A stretch of DNA of 64,000 bases, taken from an uncultured Limibaculum sp. (GTDB lineage Bacteria; Pseudomonadota; Alphaproteobacteria; Rhodobacterales; Rhodobacteraceae). A model generated the notes under the pieces. It ran no database searches and was not told where the DNA came from. It saw nothing but the letters and a program-made list of their open reading frames with translations. Of the stretch, positions 16,946-26,695 are shown one piece after another. The stretch spans positions 2,945 to 66,944 of the forward strand of contig CAYYZH010000003.1 in the NCBI GenBank assembly GCA_964475765.1, in the 5' to 3' direction. The stretch's first letter is position 1; every line of letters starts with the position of its first letter. A program made the translations under genes and the position numbers.

Positions 16946-19381
16946 ATGAAAAGCCAAGTCAAGGCCGTCGTTATCGGCGGTGGAATTGCCGGATGCTCGA
17001 CGCTCTACCACCTGACCCGGGAAGGGTGGAGCGACGTAATGCTGCTGGAGCGCGATGAGCTGACTTCCGGCACCACATGGCACTCCGCGGCGCAGGTCAC
17101 GAATTTTGGAATGACCCAGACCATGGTCGGTCTAAAAAGCCATTCCATCAATCTCTACCGTGAACTGGCTACTGACCCGGAATACCCGATCAACTACCAC
17201 CATGGAGATGGCGGTATCCGGTTGGCGAACACCCCGGCACAAATGGATGGTTACCATCACTTTGCGTCGATGGCCCGTGGCATTGGCGTCGAATTCGAGG
17301 TTATCGACGCTGACGAATGCGCACGTCGCCACCCATTGATCTCCACCGAAAATCTCTTGGGCGGCCTGTGGGATCCTTCCGACGGGGACATCGATCCAGC
17401 TCAGCTTTGTCAGGCGCTGGCCCGACGCGCACGCCTGACCGGTGCAGAGATCCACCGGCACACGCCGGTGACCGGGCTGCGCCAACTTGCGGACGACACG
17501 TGGATTGTGGAGACCCCGAAGGGGACGGTTCACGCGGATGTTGTCGTCAACGCCTGCGGTTACCGGGTGAACGAAGTCGCCGCGATGATGGGCGTGCACC
17601 ACCCCGTGGCTTCAATGGAACATCAGTATTTCGTCACCGAGGAGATCCCGGCCATCCGCGATGCGGGACAAAGGATGCCTCTGCTACGATGCCCAATCAG
17701 CGACTACTATGCGCGTCAGGAGAAGTTCGGCCTGCTCGTGGGCTTCTACGAGCAGGACTGCAAAACTTGGGGCATGGACGGGATCGATCCCAAGTTCACA
17801 AATGCGCTTTGCCCCGATGATCTCGAGCGTGTCACTGATGTGCTTGAAGGCGCGTTCGAGCGGATGCCAGCACTCACCGAAGTGGGCATTCACACTATCG
17901 TAAATGGGCCTATCACTTACACCATTGACGGCGCACCTTTGGTCGGTCCGATTCCGGGCAAGCGCAATGCCTATTGCATTGTCGGACTGCGGGCGGGGCT
18001 AGGTGAAGGTGGCGGACACGGCTGGCTGCTCGCTCAGCAGATCGTGCATGGCGAAGCCTGCTACGACACTTGGGTGATCGATCCACGACGGTTCACCGGT
18101 CATGCCAATGTGGAACTGACAGCATTAAAGGCTGTCGAGGACTATCAAAATGAGTTCCGCTTCCATTTCCCCCACGAGCACCGTCCCGCCGGGAGGCCGA
18201 TGAAGACCACGCCGCTCACACCTATCTTGGCCGCAGAGGGCGCCGAGTTCGGCGTGGTCAACGGGTGGGAGCGCATCGACTATTTCAAACCCTCGCCTGA
18301 GTTTTCCGAGACCCTTGGCTTTCGGTTCAACGAGGTCCACGCGATTGTCGCGCAGGAAGTCGAAGCGGTGGCGACAGGTGTCGGGCTGACGGAGGTCAGC
18401 GGCTTCAACCGCTTCGAGATAAAGGGCACGGACGCTCTCGAGTTTCTCGACAGGATGTTCTGTGGCCGCGTAAGCCGCAAGCCCGGGCGAGTTGGTCTTG
18501 GCTACCTCCTCAACCACGCCGGGATGCTCAAGAGCGAGGCGACGATTGCCAACCTGCCGGCGTCAGCATCAGGGCCGGATCGCATCTGGTACGGATCGGC
18601 AGCCGCCGCGGAATTTCACGACATGGACTGGCTGGGCCAACATCTCCGCAGCGATGAAGACGTCGCGATTAGGTCGCTGACCAATGACTGGACCATCCTC
18701 GTGTTGGCCGGGCCCAAGGCGCGCGCCGTACTGTCCGACGCCGCGCGGGGCGAATGGTCGGCGGAGGCGTTCCCATGGCTGTCCGTGCGCGAGGCGTTTG
18801 TCGGCATCGCGACAGCGGTTGTGATGGCTGTCAGCTTTTCCGGCGAGACTGCGTTTGAGATCCATGTGCCTAATGCGCAACTTCATGCCGCCTACCTGGC
18901 CCTGCGCGAGGCCGGAAAACCGCACGGTCTTCGCCTGTTCGGCAGCCGGGCCATTGAGTCGATGCGGACGGAGAAGGGTTTTCTGCACTGGAAGTCCGAG
19001 ATCCTGACCGAGTTCGACCCTTTCGAGACCGGACTTGATAGATTCGTGAAACTCGACAAGGGAGACTTTATCGGTAAGGACGCGCTCGTGCGGCGCAAGG
19101 CGGCGGGCCCGCAAAAACTGTTGATCACCCTGGCCATCGATTGCTCGGACCGCTGGGCGCATGCCGGGTCCAGTGTTCTCCGCGATGGCCGCGTCGTGGG
19201 CACCGTCACATCAGGGGAGTGGGGACATCGCACGGGGCTGAACCTGGCGATGGCCTTCGTCGAGCCCGCTCTTTCCGCACCGGGCACGCGGGTGTCGATC
19301 GACATGCTCGGCACAGAATTCGCAGCGGAGGTGATCCCGCCCTGCCCTTACGATCCGGATTTTGCGCGGGTCAGGGCCTGA
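16946..19381 (+). CDS. GcvT-family FAD-dependent oxidoreductase (dimethylglycine/sarcosine dehydrogenase-like)
   Basis: 'VIGGGIAG', 'TSGTTWHSAA' (flavinylated His), 'VNGPITYTIDG', C-terminal GcvT domain 'SMRTEKG'. Confidence 0.93.
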   Translation: MKSQVKAVVIGGGIAGCSTLYHLTREGWSDVMLLERDELTSGTTWHSAAQVTNFGMTQTMVGLKSHSINLYRELATDPEYPINYHHGDGGIRLANTPAQMDGYHHFASMARGIGVEFEVIDADECARRHPLISTENLLGGLWDPSDGDIDPAQLCQALARRARLTGAEIHRHTPVTGLRQLADDTWIVETPKGTVHADVVVNACGYRVNEVAAMMGVHHPVASMEHQYFVTEEIPAIRDAGQRMPLLRCPISDYYARQEKFGLLVGFYEQDCKTWGMDGIDPKFTNALCPDDLERVTDVLEGAFERMPALTEVGIHTIVNGPITYTIDGAPLVGPIPGKRNAYCIVGLRAGLGEGGGHGWLLAQQIVHGEACYDTWVIDPRRFTGHANVELTALKAVEDYQNEFRFHFPHEHRPAGRPMKTTPLTPILAAEGAEFGVVNGWERIDYFKPSPEFSETLGFRFNEVHAIVAQEVEAVATGVGLTEVSGFNRFEIKGTDALEFLDRMFCGRVSRKPGRVGLGYLLNHAGMLKSEATIANLPASASGPDRIWYGSAAAAEFHDMDWLGQHLRSDEDVAIRSLTNDWTILVLAGPKARAVLSDAARGEWSAEAFPWLSVREAFVGIATAVVMAVSFSGETAFEIHVPNAQLHAAYLALREAGKPHGLRLFGSRAIESMRTEKGFLHWKSEILTEFDPFETGLDRFVKLDKGDFIGKDALVRRKAAGPQKLLITLAIDCSDRWAHAGSSVLRDGRVVGTVTSGEWGHRTGLNLAMAFVEPALSAPGTRVSIDMLGTEFAAEVIPPCPYDPDFARVRA

Positions 19382-19438
19382 GAATGACAGGCCCCGAAAA
19401 GAAAGCGACGCCGTCCCGGGAACGATGAGATCTCCCCG

Positions 19439-20530
19439 CTACAGCCGCGCCTCAAACGGCGCCAGCTTGTCCCAGTCAAACATCACCCCGGTGCCGGGAG
19501 CGTCGGGCGCGACAGCCAGCCCGTCTTCGACAACCAAAGGCCGCATCGTGTATTGATCGATCGGGAACGAGTGGACCTCGATCAGCCCGGGTGAGCCCAT
19601 GCCGGAGACCAGACTGACATGCAATTCCTGCATACCATGACTGCAGACGGATATGCCGGCCTCTGTGCCGATGCGAGCCGCGGCCAGCCAACCTGTGATG
19701 CCACCACAATTCGAGGCATCGGGTTGGAGAAAAGCCAGTTTGGAGTGCTCGATGGCATGCTCGAATTCGTGAATCGTGTGGAGGTTCTCTCCCATTGCCA
19801 AAGGCATTCCCGTCGCATCGGCAATCCGTCCGTAGGCAGCATAGTGATCGGGAATGATCGGCTCTTCGAACCAGAGAAGATCAAATGGCTGGAACGCGAG
19901 CGCAGCCTCAATCGCTTCGGCTTCAGAGAGCGCGTAGTTGGCATCCACCGCCAAGACCACATTGGGCCCGATTAGATCCCTCACAGCGGCTACTCGCTCG
20001 ACATCATCTCGCTGGGGACGCCCGACCTTGATCTTCACGCCGTCGAACCCGGCATCGAGATAGCCCTGAACCGACGTCAGTAGCTTGGCAAGATCGAAGC
20101 CAAGATCGATCCCGCCGCAATAGGCGCGGCACCGGTCCGACTGCCCCCCAGCCATCTCGGCGAGCGACTGCCGCAATGCGTTACCGCGCAGATCCCAGAG
20201 CGCGATATCCACCGCAGAGATCGCAAAGGAGGCTACACCGCCGCGGCCCACATAGTGCACATGCCATTGCATCTCATCGTAAAGATCCTCGACCGCCGCT
20301 GCATCTCGTCCAATCAGCATCGGCGCAAGGTCGTGCCGGATCATTGCGAGAACCGCGTGCCCGCCCTTTCCGCCGGTATAGGAATAGCCGGTGCCGCTGG
20401 AGCCGTCATCCAGAGTGATCGTCGCCGTAATCAATTCAAAATGTGTATGATCACCATGCTTGGCATCGACGAGCACCTCAGCCAGCGGCACGTGGAACAG
20501 GCGGGGCTCAACGGATATGATCTCGGGCAT
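19439..20530 (-). CDS. Mandelate racemase/muconate lactonizing enzyme family protein (MR subgroup)
   Basis: '[12 protein letters not shown]', KxK 'VKIKVG', metal ligands 'VDAN', 'FEEP', 'GENL', then 'QPD' and 'SHG'. Confidence 0.92.
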   Translation of the reverse strand: MPEIISVEPRLFHVPLAEVLVDAKHGDHTHFELITATITLDDGSSGTGYSYTGGKGGHAVLAMIRHDLAPMLIGRDAAAVEDLYDEMQWHVHYVGRGGVASFAISAVDIALWDLRGNALRQSLAEMAGGQSDRCRAYCGGIDLGFDLAKLLTSVQGYLDAGFDGVKIKVGRPQRDDVERVAAVRDLIGPNVVLAVDANYALSEAEAIEAALAFQPFDLLWFEEPIIPDHYAAYGRIADATGMPLAMGENLHTIHEFEHAIEHSKLAFLQPDASNCGGITGWLAAARIGTEAGISVCSHGMQELHVSLVSGMGSPGLIEVHSFPIDQYTMRPLVVEDGLAVAPDAPGTGVMFDWDKLAPFEARL

Positions 20531-20543
20531 CGACAGCCAGGTT

Positions 20544-21188
20544 CTAAAGGTTTCGTTTCATGTGGTCATAGATCGCTGCCTTGCACGCTTCTTGATCACG
20601 GGCAAGTGCGGCATCGACGATGGCCTGGTGCTCCAAGATGATCGCTTCGAAGTAGTTCGCGTCAAAATTCCGTTTCAGGCCGATAAACTGCTGTCGAAAT
20701 TGCAAGTAAACTCGCCCGAAAGTTTCGATCAGAAGGGGAGAGTTACAAGCCGAGATCAGAGTCTGATGAAACTCAAGTTCTGCTGCTGTCCAAAGAGGCA
20801 GGAATGCCTGTGGAAGGTCTTCCTGCACAATTTGGCGTTCGATGTGCAACAACTTGTGGTGCGCGGCAGACAGTTGCGCTTCCCAGGCGACGCCGCCCCG
20901 CTCCATCGACTCGGAGGCGCCCTGCCGTTCCAGCATAATGCGGAACCGCGTGACGTCCCCACGCCGCTCCGGCGAACTCTGCGTCGCGCGAAAGCCGCGT
21001 TGCATCTCGAAGTCGACGAGGCCAATGCCACTCAGTCGAAGCAATGCGTCGCGGACAGTATTTGCCGAGCAGTCGTAGTCACCCAACAGCAGCGCCGGCT
21101 TCAGCTTCTCACCCGGTGCAAAACCGCCGGAAGCCAGCTTAGCCTTGAGGTCATCGTAGATGTCGACGGTATCAAAACGTTTGGTTAT
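20544..21188 (-). CDS. GntR (FadR/FCD) family regulator with probable non-canonical ATA start
   Basis: The frame stays open upstream of the track's TTG (21086) to a TAG at 21216-21218 and encodes the wHTH N-terminus '[23 protein letters not shown]'. No ATG/GTG/TTG in that stretch; ATA at 21188-21186 has GGAGG 8 nt upstream. Confidence 0.8.
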   Translation of the reverse strand: MTKRFDTVDIYDDLKAKLASGGFAPGEKLKPALLLGDYDCSANTVRDALLRLSGIGLVDFEMQRGFRATQSSPERRGDVTRFRIMLERQGASESMERGGVAWEAQLSAAHHKLLHIERQIVQEDLPQAFLPLWTAAELEFHQTLISACNSPLLIETFGRVYLQFRQQFIGLKRNFDANYFEAIILEHQAIVDAALARDQEACKAAIYDHMKRNL

Positions 21189-21220
21189 CGGGTGGCCCTC
21201 CAGCGCCGGATCACTCTAGA

Positions 21221-21250
21221 ATTTTGAAATTTAATTAATCAATCGAAAAT
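21221..21250. promoter_or_regulatory. AT-rich imperfect inverted repeat in the divergent gntR/dctP promoter (candidate operator)
   Basis: ATTTTGA...TTAATTAA...TCGAAAAT. Confidence 0.3.
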
Positions 21251-21370
21251 CAGAGAAATCTCCAAAAACCTCTATTGTCGCTGACAAAGCACCTCGCTAG
21301 TGTCACGCCATTCAGTCCGAAACTGCGTGATAAAGGCAGCCGGACACCTGAACTGCCGGGAGGAACCAGC

Positions 21371-22384
21371 ATGAACACCTTGAAGCTCGCAGCAGCAGCT
21401 GTCAGCGCACTCGCCATCACTGCGGGCGCGGCGATGTCGGAGACAACAAGCCTGCGCATCCAGACGCACTTCTCACCCGAAACTCTGTCGGGCCAGATGG
21501 CTGCCGAATTCATCGAAGACATTACAGCCATGTCGAATGGCGAGATCCAGGTCGAGATGTTCTACTCGGGCGCGGTCGTGAAAGCGGCGGAGACCTTTGA
21601 CGCGGCAGCGACCGGCATTCTCGACTGTGACATGACCGGGGGCGCCTACCAGACGGGCAAGAACCCGGCATTCCAATTCACGGGCGACCTGAACGGCGGC
21701 TATGCCAACCCCTATCAGCAAATGGCCTGGTTGCTGCATGGCGACGGCTACGAGTCGCTCAACAAGCTCTATAACGAGCACAATATGGAGTTCATCGGCT
21801 GGTGGATTCCTGGCCCGGAATCGTTGTCGTCCACCCGCCCGATCCGCGGTGTTGAGGACTTCAAAAACTGGAAGTTCCGCTCGCCCCCGGGGATCATAAC
21901 CGAGATTTTCAAGAACCTCGGCGCCTCTCCGATCGTGATGGATTTCAACGAAATCTTCACAGCACTCGAGACCGGCATCATCGACGGTGCGGATGCCGCA
22001 AACCTGACCAACAACATCGGTCTGGGGCTTTATGACATCGCCAAGCACACGAACTATCCGGGCTTCCACTCCATGCCAGCAGATCACCTGGCATGCCGCA
22101 AGGATATCTGGGACGCGATGCCCGCTCACCATCAGGCCATCCTGAAAGTAGGCATGCAGGCACTCGCGCTGAAAAACACCACGATCAACGAAGTGCAGAA
22201 CGCCAAGAATTCGGTCAAACTGGCGAGCGAAGGGCTGAACATGTACGAGTGGTCACCGGAGGAGATGGGTAAGTACCGTGCGGCTGTGCAGTCGGCCTGG
22301 GTCGATTTTGCAACCACGCCTGAGGCAAAAGAGCTGTTGAACAGCCACCTCGACTTCCTGCGCGGCATTGGCGCGATGGAGTAA
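21371..22384 (+). CDS. dctP: TRAP transporter substrate-binding protein
   Basis: Start refined to ATG 21371 (SD GGAGG); signal peptide; 'KFRSPPG', 'FTALETGIIDGAD'. Confidence 0.92.
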   Translation: MNTLKLAAAAVSALAITAGAAMSETTSLRIQTHFSPETLSGQMAAEFIEDITAMSNGEIQVEMFYSGAVVKAAETFDAAATGILDCDMTGGAYQTGKNPAFQFTGDLNGGYANPYQQMAWLLHGDGYESLNKLYNEHNMEFIGWWIPGPESLSSTRPIRGVEDFKNWKFRSPPGIITEIFKNLGASPIVMDFNEIFTALETGIIDGADAANLTNNIGLGLYDIAKHTNYPGFHSMPADHLACRKDIWDAMPAHHQAILKVGMQALALKNTTINEVQNAKNSVKLASEGLNMYEWSPEEMGKYRAAVQSAWVDFATTPEAKELLNSHLDFLRGIGAME

Positions 22385-22402
22385 GCCGGCACGGCTCAAT
22401 CA

Positions 22403-22431
22403 GGCGGCAGGGCCTGCGTAGTCCTGCCGCC
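22403..22431 (+). other. Intercistronic stem-loop after dctP
   Basis: ggcggcagg...cctgccgcc 9-bp stem. Confidence 0.5.
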
Positions 22432-22502
22432 AGCAAAAGAACAAATCCGTGACAAGCGGACGTGCCCCCCGGCAGGATGGGCAAAATAGGGAGGGCGCGC
22501 GC

Positions 22503-23351
22503 GTGGAAGAGAAAGCCGGTGGGCTTTGGGAGTGGGTCATCCCTGCCCTTTTCGTCGTCAGCATGAGCTGGACGATCTGGCACATGCCAGCCTACATCCT
22601 CGACTTCATTCCACCCGAAAGCGAAGGCCTGCGCGACCAGATGTCGGCTTTGCATCTGCGCAAGGACGTAACGCCAAACATGGCCGGATTGTTCGGCGGA
22701 ATTGCCGATCCAATAGACTGGATCGCGCTGCTGATGATCCCGGTGCTTTTCATAATCGGCATCCGGACCATCCGGGTCTATTCGATGGAGTTCCAACACT
22801 GGCGCGCAGTCGACCGAGTCGCAATTTTCATTGGTCGCACCGCGATGTTCCTGATTATCGCGATGACCTGTGTGATGCTCTACGAAGTGCTGCTGCGCTA
22901 TGCAATTGAGGCACCGACCCTTTGGGCGAACGAGCTGACGCTGTGGATCGGCGGCTTCGTTTTCCTGACATCCGGACTTTATGCGATGCAGCAGCGCTGC
23001 CACATCCGCATCTTCCTGCTCTACGATGTGTTGCCGCGATGGATGCAAAGAGCCTGCGACATCCTCTCTGCCGCTCTGCTAGTGATTTTCGCATTCTTCA
23101 TGATCTACGGAAGTTACAAGCAAGTCTTCATCACCAAGTTCTACAAATGGGAGATGTTCGGCACGGCCTTCGATCCGCCCATTCCGGCGACGGTTCAGCC
23201 TGCCATCCTGATCGTGATCACCCTGGTTGCGATGCAGGCGGTCGTGAATGTGATCTCGGATTGGAACCTTGAGCCGGGCACTCACACGACTGCCGATGAC
23301 ATTGACGAGGATGACATTGCGGCCATGCGCAAGAGCGTGGGGGCAGACTAA
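22503..23351 (+). CDS. dctQ: TRAP transporter small permease with N-terminal membrane extension
   Basis: GTG 22503 with SD GGAGGG; 'EVLLRYAIEAPTLWANE', 'HIRIFLLYD' DctQ motifs. Confidence 0.85.
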   Translation: MEEKAGGLWEWVIPALFVVSMSWTIWHMPAYILDFIPPESEGLRDQMSALHLRKDVTPNMAGLFGGIADPIDWIALLMIPVLFIIGIRTIRVYSMEFQHWRAVDRVAIFIGRTAMFLIIAMTCVMLYEVLLRYAIEAPTLWANELTLWIGGFVFLTSGLYAMQQRCHIRIFLLYDVLPRWMQRACDILSAALLVIFAFFMIYGSYKQVFITKFYKWEMFGTAFDPPIPATVQPAILIVITLVAMQAVVNVISDWNLEPGTHTTADDIDEDDIAAMRKSVGAD

Positions 23352-25000
23352 TGGATCCGGCCATTCTCAAGGATGTCGGAACGATCTCGATTGTGCTGGT
23401 CGTTGGACTGATCTTCCTGCTCGCGATCGGCATGCCGCTGGGCTTTGCATCTGCCGTCCTGGCTCTGGTCGTGATGATCATGAAGTTCGAGCCAACACTG
23501 ATCACCGACCCGCTGAGCTTTGGGGAGGGGCTCCTCACCGGACGACCTGGAACGGGGCCGTTATACATCTTAACGCAGAAAATCTTCGACCTTTTGACCG
23601 AATACGTTCTGATCTCGGTTCCCCTCTTCATCTTCATGGCGGCTCTGCTCGAGCGGTCGGGTGTGGCCAAGGAGATGTATGACAGTTTGGATTTCTGGCT
23701 CTCCCAGGTTCGCGGTGGCATCGCGATTGTCACCTCAATCATGGCCGTCATCATGGCGGCGATGTCGGGGATCATCGGGGGCGAAGTCGTACTTCTGGGC
23801 CTGATCGCCTTGCCGCAGATGTTGAGGCTGGGCTACAATCAAAACCTTGCGATAGGGACCATCTGCGCCTCGGGCTCGCTCGGAACGATGATCCCGCCGT
23901 CCATCGTGCTGATCATCTTCGGTCTGATAACAGAAACGTCGATCAAGGCGCTGTTCACGGCGGCATTCGTGCCGGGCTTCATGCTCGCGATGATGATCAT
24001 CGCCTATATCGTAATCCGCACACAATTGCGGCCCTCCGATGCTCCCCTGCCAGAGCCCAAACCGGGTGACCCGACGGGTCTGCAAAAGCTCGGGATGTTC
24101 ACAGCGTTCCTGTCCATCCTTCTGGCCGGTGTATCGCTCCTGTTGTTCCTGCGCGCGGGTTTCTTCACCCTCACCGGTCAAAACGATCTGGATGCCGCGG
24201 ACAATATCGAGCCGTTCTTTCTCGGCATGCCGCATCATCTACCCTGGCTTGCGGGCACTGCGATCCTTGGCGCGGTGCTGGCGCTGGTCGTGTTCGGACG
24301 GGAACGCTCCGCCGATGGCTGGAAACACGGCAAAGGGCTCGTGGCACCCTTCACGGTCATCGGCGTTGTGCTCGGGTCGATCTATGGCGGCATATCCGGC
24401 ATCACGGAAGCTGCGGGGATGGGGGCGCTTGCGGTGTTCATCATCGCGGTTGCGCGCGGTGTCGGTCCCATCGGCCTCATCTGGGACGGGGTCATGCGCA
24501 CGCTCCGCTCGACCGGGACGATCATCTGGGTGACCGTCGGCGCTGCGGCGCTCTCTGGCGCCTACACGCTGGCGGGCGGCCCGAACTACATCGCACAACT
24601 GATCGTCGGCTCCGAGATGCCAACGATGCTGGTGCTGCTGACGATGATGCTGATCCTCCTCTTCATGGGCGCGTTCATGGACTGGGTCGGAATCGTTCTG
24701 TTGATCATCCCGGTGTTCCTGCCCATCGTGCGCAAACTACCAATCGAGGAAATCGGCGTCTTCGGCACATTGGACCCGAAATACATCGCGGTCTGGTTCG
24801 GGGTTCTATTCTGCATGAATATGCAGGTTAGCTTCCTAAGCCCGCCCTTTGGCCCAGCAGCCTTTTATCTGAAGTCGGTAGCCCCGGCGCACATATCGCT
24901 AACAGACATCTTCAAGGGCTTCCTGCCCTTCATCTGCATCCAACTGCTGGCCCTCGCGGTGCTTCTGCTCTGGCCAGGGATTGTGACGGTGCTGCTTTGA
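23351..25000 (+). CDS. dctM: TRAP transporter large permease with internal insertion
   Basis: 'SVPLFIFMAALLERSG', 'ASGSLGTMIPPSI', 'SPPFGPAAFYL'. Confidence 0.93.
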   Translation: MDPAILKDVGTISIVLVVGLIFLLAIGMPLGFASAVLALVVMIMKFEPTLITDPLSFGEGLLTGRPGTGPLYILTQKIFDLLTEYVLISVPLFIFMAALLERSGVAKEMYDSLDFWLSQVRGGIAIVTSIMAVIMAAMSGIIGGEVVLLGLIALPQMLRLGYNQNLAIGTICASGSLGTMIPPSIVLIIFGLITETSIKALFTAAFVPGFMLAMMIIAYIVIRTQLRPSDAPLPEPKPGDPTGLQKLGMFTAFLSILLAGVSLLLFLRAGFFTLTGQNDLDAADNIEPFFLGMPHHLPWLAGTAILGAVLALVVFGRERSADGWKHGKGLVAPFTVIGVVLGSIYGGISGITEAAGMGALAVFIIAVARGVGPIGLIWDGVMRTLRSTGTIIWVTVGAAALSGAYTLAGGPNYIAQLIVGSEMPTMLVLLTMMLILLFMGAFMDWVGIVLLIIPVFLPIVRKLPIEEIGVFGTLDPKYIAVWFGVLFCMNMQVSFLSPPFGPAAFYLKSVAPAHISLTDIFKGFLPFICIQLLALAVLLLWPGIVTVLL

Positions 25001-25020
25001 GAGTGCCGACGCCCTATATG

Positions 25021-26421
25021 TCAGGCGTCGGTGAAGAGGTTCTTCCATGCTTTTGCAAGAAACTCGGGACGTAGTTCGGGATTCACGCCCTTATAAGTGC
25101 AGATCGCCAGCGTCTGTTCGATCAGGAAGCGGGGATGAAAGGCATGCATCTCCGCATCCGGCGTTTTACCATAAAGCTCAAAGATAACGTAACCAAGGCT
25201 CTCCTCGGTCAGTTCAAGATCGAAGTTTTGCGCAGTTCGCGCGAAAATCTCCAGAAACGTATCGTGGTCGGGTTTATCAACAAGGATCTTATAGCGCAGA
25301 CGCCTGAGTGCCGCATCGTCTACAAGCTGCTTCGGCGCAATGTTGGTCGAAAACACAGTCAACGCGTCAAAGGGCACTTCGAACTTTCGACCCGTCATCA
25401 GCGAAAGGTAGTCGATCCCCTTCTCTAGCGGGATAATCAGACGGTTGAGCAACTCCTGCGGGCTCTGCCTTTGGCGTCCGAAATCGTCGATCACCAGAAC
25501 GCCGCCCGCGGCCTTCATCTGCATTGGGGCCTCATAAACCCGGCTTATCGGGTTATAGCGGAGATCCAACATATCGAGGGTTAGCTCGCCGCCGGTCTCG
25601 ACCTGCGGGCGCTCGCACCGCACGAAACGCTTGTCAAACGCGCTCTCGCCGCGACGAATACCGTCGTCACCCGTCTGCTCAGCATCAGCGCGGGCATGTA
25701 CCGCAGAATCGTAAAGAGCGATGATCTGCTTGTCGACGAGGACTGCATGCGGGAGATAGACGTGGTCTTGAAACGCCGCACAAACCGCCGCCGAGATCGA
25801 CGATTTGCCATTTCCCGGAGGTCCATAGAGCAGCATTGACGCGCCAGAATTTACTGCTGGTCCAAGCTGCTCCATCAGTTCGGGCGCAAGCGTCAGGCCA
25901 TCGAAGACCTCGATCAATCGCGCCTCGGTCAGCACCCGGTCGCGGATTGACTGACGCGCAGTTTGACTTTGAAAGTCCTCAAGCGTCACGGGACAGGGGC
26001 CAGTCCATTCCGACTGCGCCAAAGCCTCGGCTGCCCAGACCTTTCCCTTTTCGGTAAGCGCATAGCGCATTTCAGCAGAGAATGACGCACCGAGTTGGCC
26101 GAGCGATTCGATCAGTTTGGCGTCCCGTGCGGTCTGGATCAGTTTCTCGACCAGGGCCCGCGGCAGACAGATCGCATCCGACAACACGCTGACCATCTCA
26201 TGATTTTGGCGGTACATGATCTTGATCATGAGATCGAGAAGGAACCCCTCGTCGAGGCCGGTTTCCTCAATCAGATTGGGCGCACGCGGCGATGGAACTC
26301 CAAGAGCAAGGGAATTCTGAGGTGTACGTCGCAGCGTTGCCCGAAGCTCGGACACTACCGGCTCTTCTGCGGTCTCGTGCGCATGTGCTTCATATGTATC
26401 GGAGTGGCGGAGTGTTTCCAT
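25021..26421 (-). CDS. AAA+ family ATPase of unknown function with N-terminal wHTH-like region
   Basis: Walker A 'GPPGNGKS', Walker B 'LVIDDFGRQ', 'FSTN', 'LRRLRYK'. Confidence 0.8.
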   Translation of the reverse strand: METLRHSDTYEAHAHETAEEPVVSELRATLRRTPQNSLALGVPSPRAPNLIEETGLDEGFLLDLMIKIMYRQNHEMVSVLSDAICLPRALVEKLIQTARDAKLIESLGQLGASFSAEMRYALTEKGKVWAAEALAQSEWTGPCPVTLEDFQSQTARQSIRDRVLTEARLIEVFDGLTLAPELMEQLGPAVNSGASMLLYGPPGNGKSSISAAVCAAFQDHVYLPHAVLVDKQIIALYDSAVHARADAEQTGDDGIRRGESAFDKRFVRCERPQVETGGELTLDMLDLRYNPISRVYEAPMQMKAAGGVLVIDDFGRQRQSPQELLNRLIIPLEKGIDYLSLMTGRKFEVPFDALTVFSTNIAPKQLVDDAALRRLRYKILVDKPDHDTFLEIFARTAQNFDLELTEESLGYVIFELYGKTPDAEMHAFHPRFLIEQTLAICTYKGVNPELRPEFLAKAWKNLFTDA

Positions 26422-26695
26422 GACGTGACTGCCCCAGTTCTCAAACCCTTACAAAAGCCTGCCGTGGGTGGCTGAAAATAGCGTTTGAATTGAGGCGCTG
26501 GCTGGAGTGTCCCGTGAAATCTCTATCTGGGTTTGTTTCCGAAGTCGCGGTTGCGATGGCGGATCGGACGTCACGGTTGCAATCGCAGGTCAGCGGGAAC
26601 AAAACGCGGCGGGAAAGGTTCCGCAGGCCCATATGCTGGAGCAGGCAAAAACCGAAACAATGCGCCAACTGCACGCGCCACGTCAGGAGACGGAA

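Noticed and set aside
26422-26695. Pho box upstream of phnM
   Set aside because: No convincing CTGTCAT-type 11-nt-period repeats; only the weak direct repeats noted in the phnM finding.
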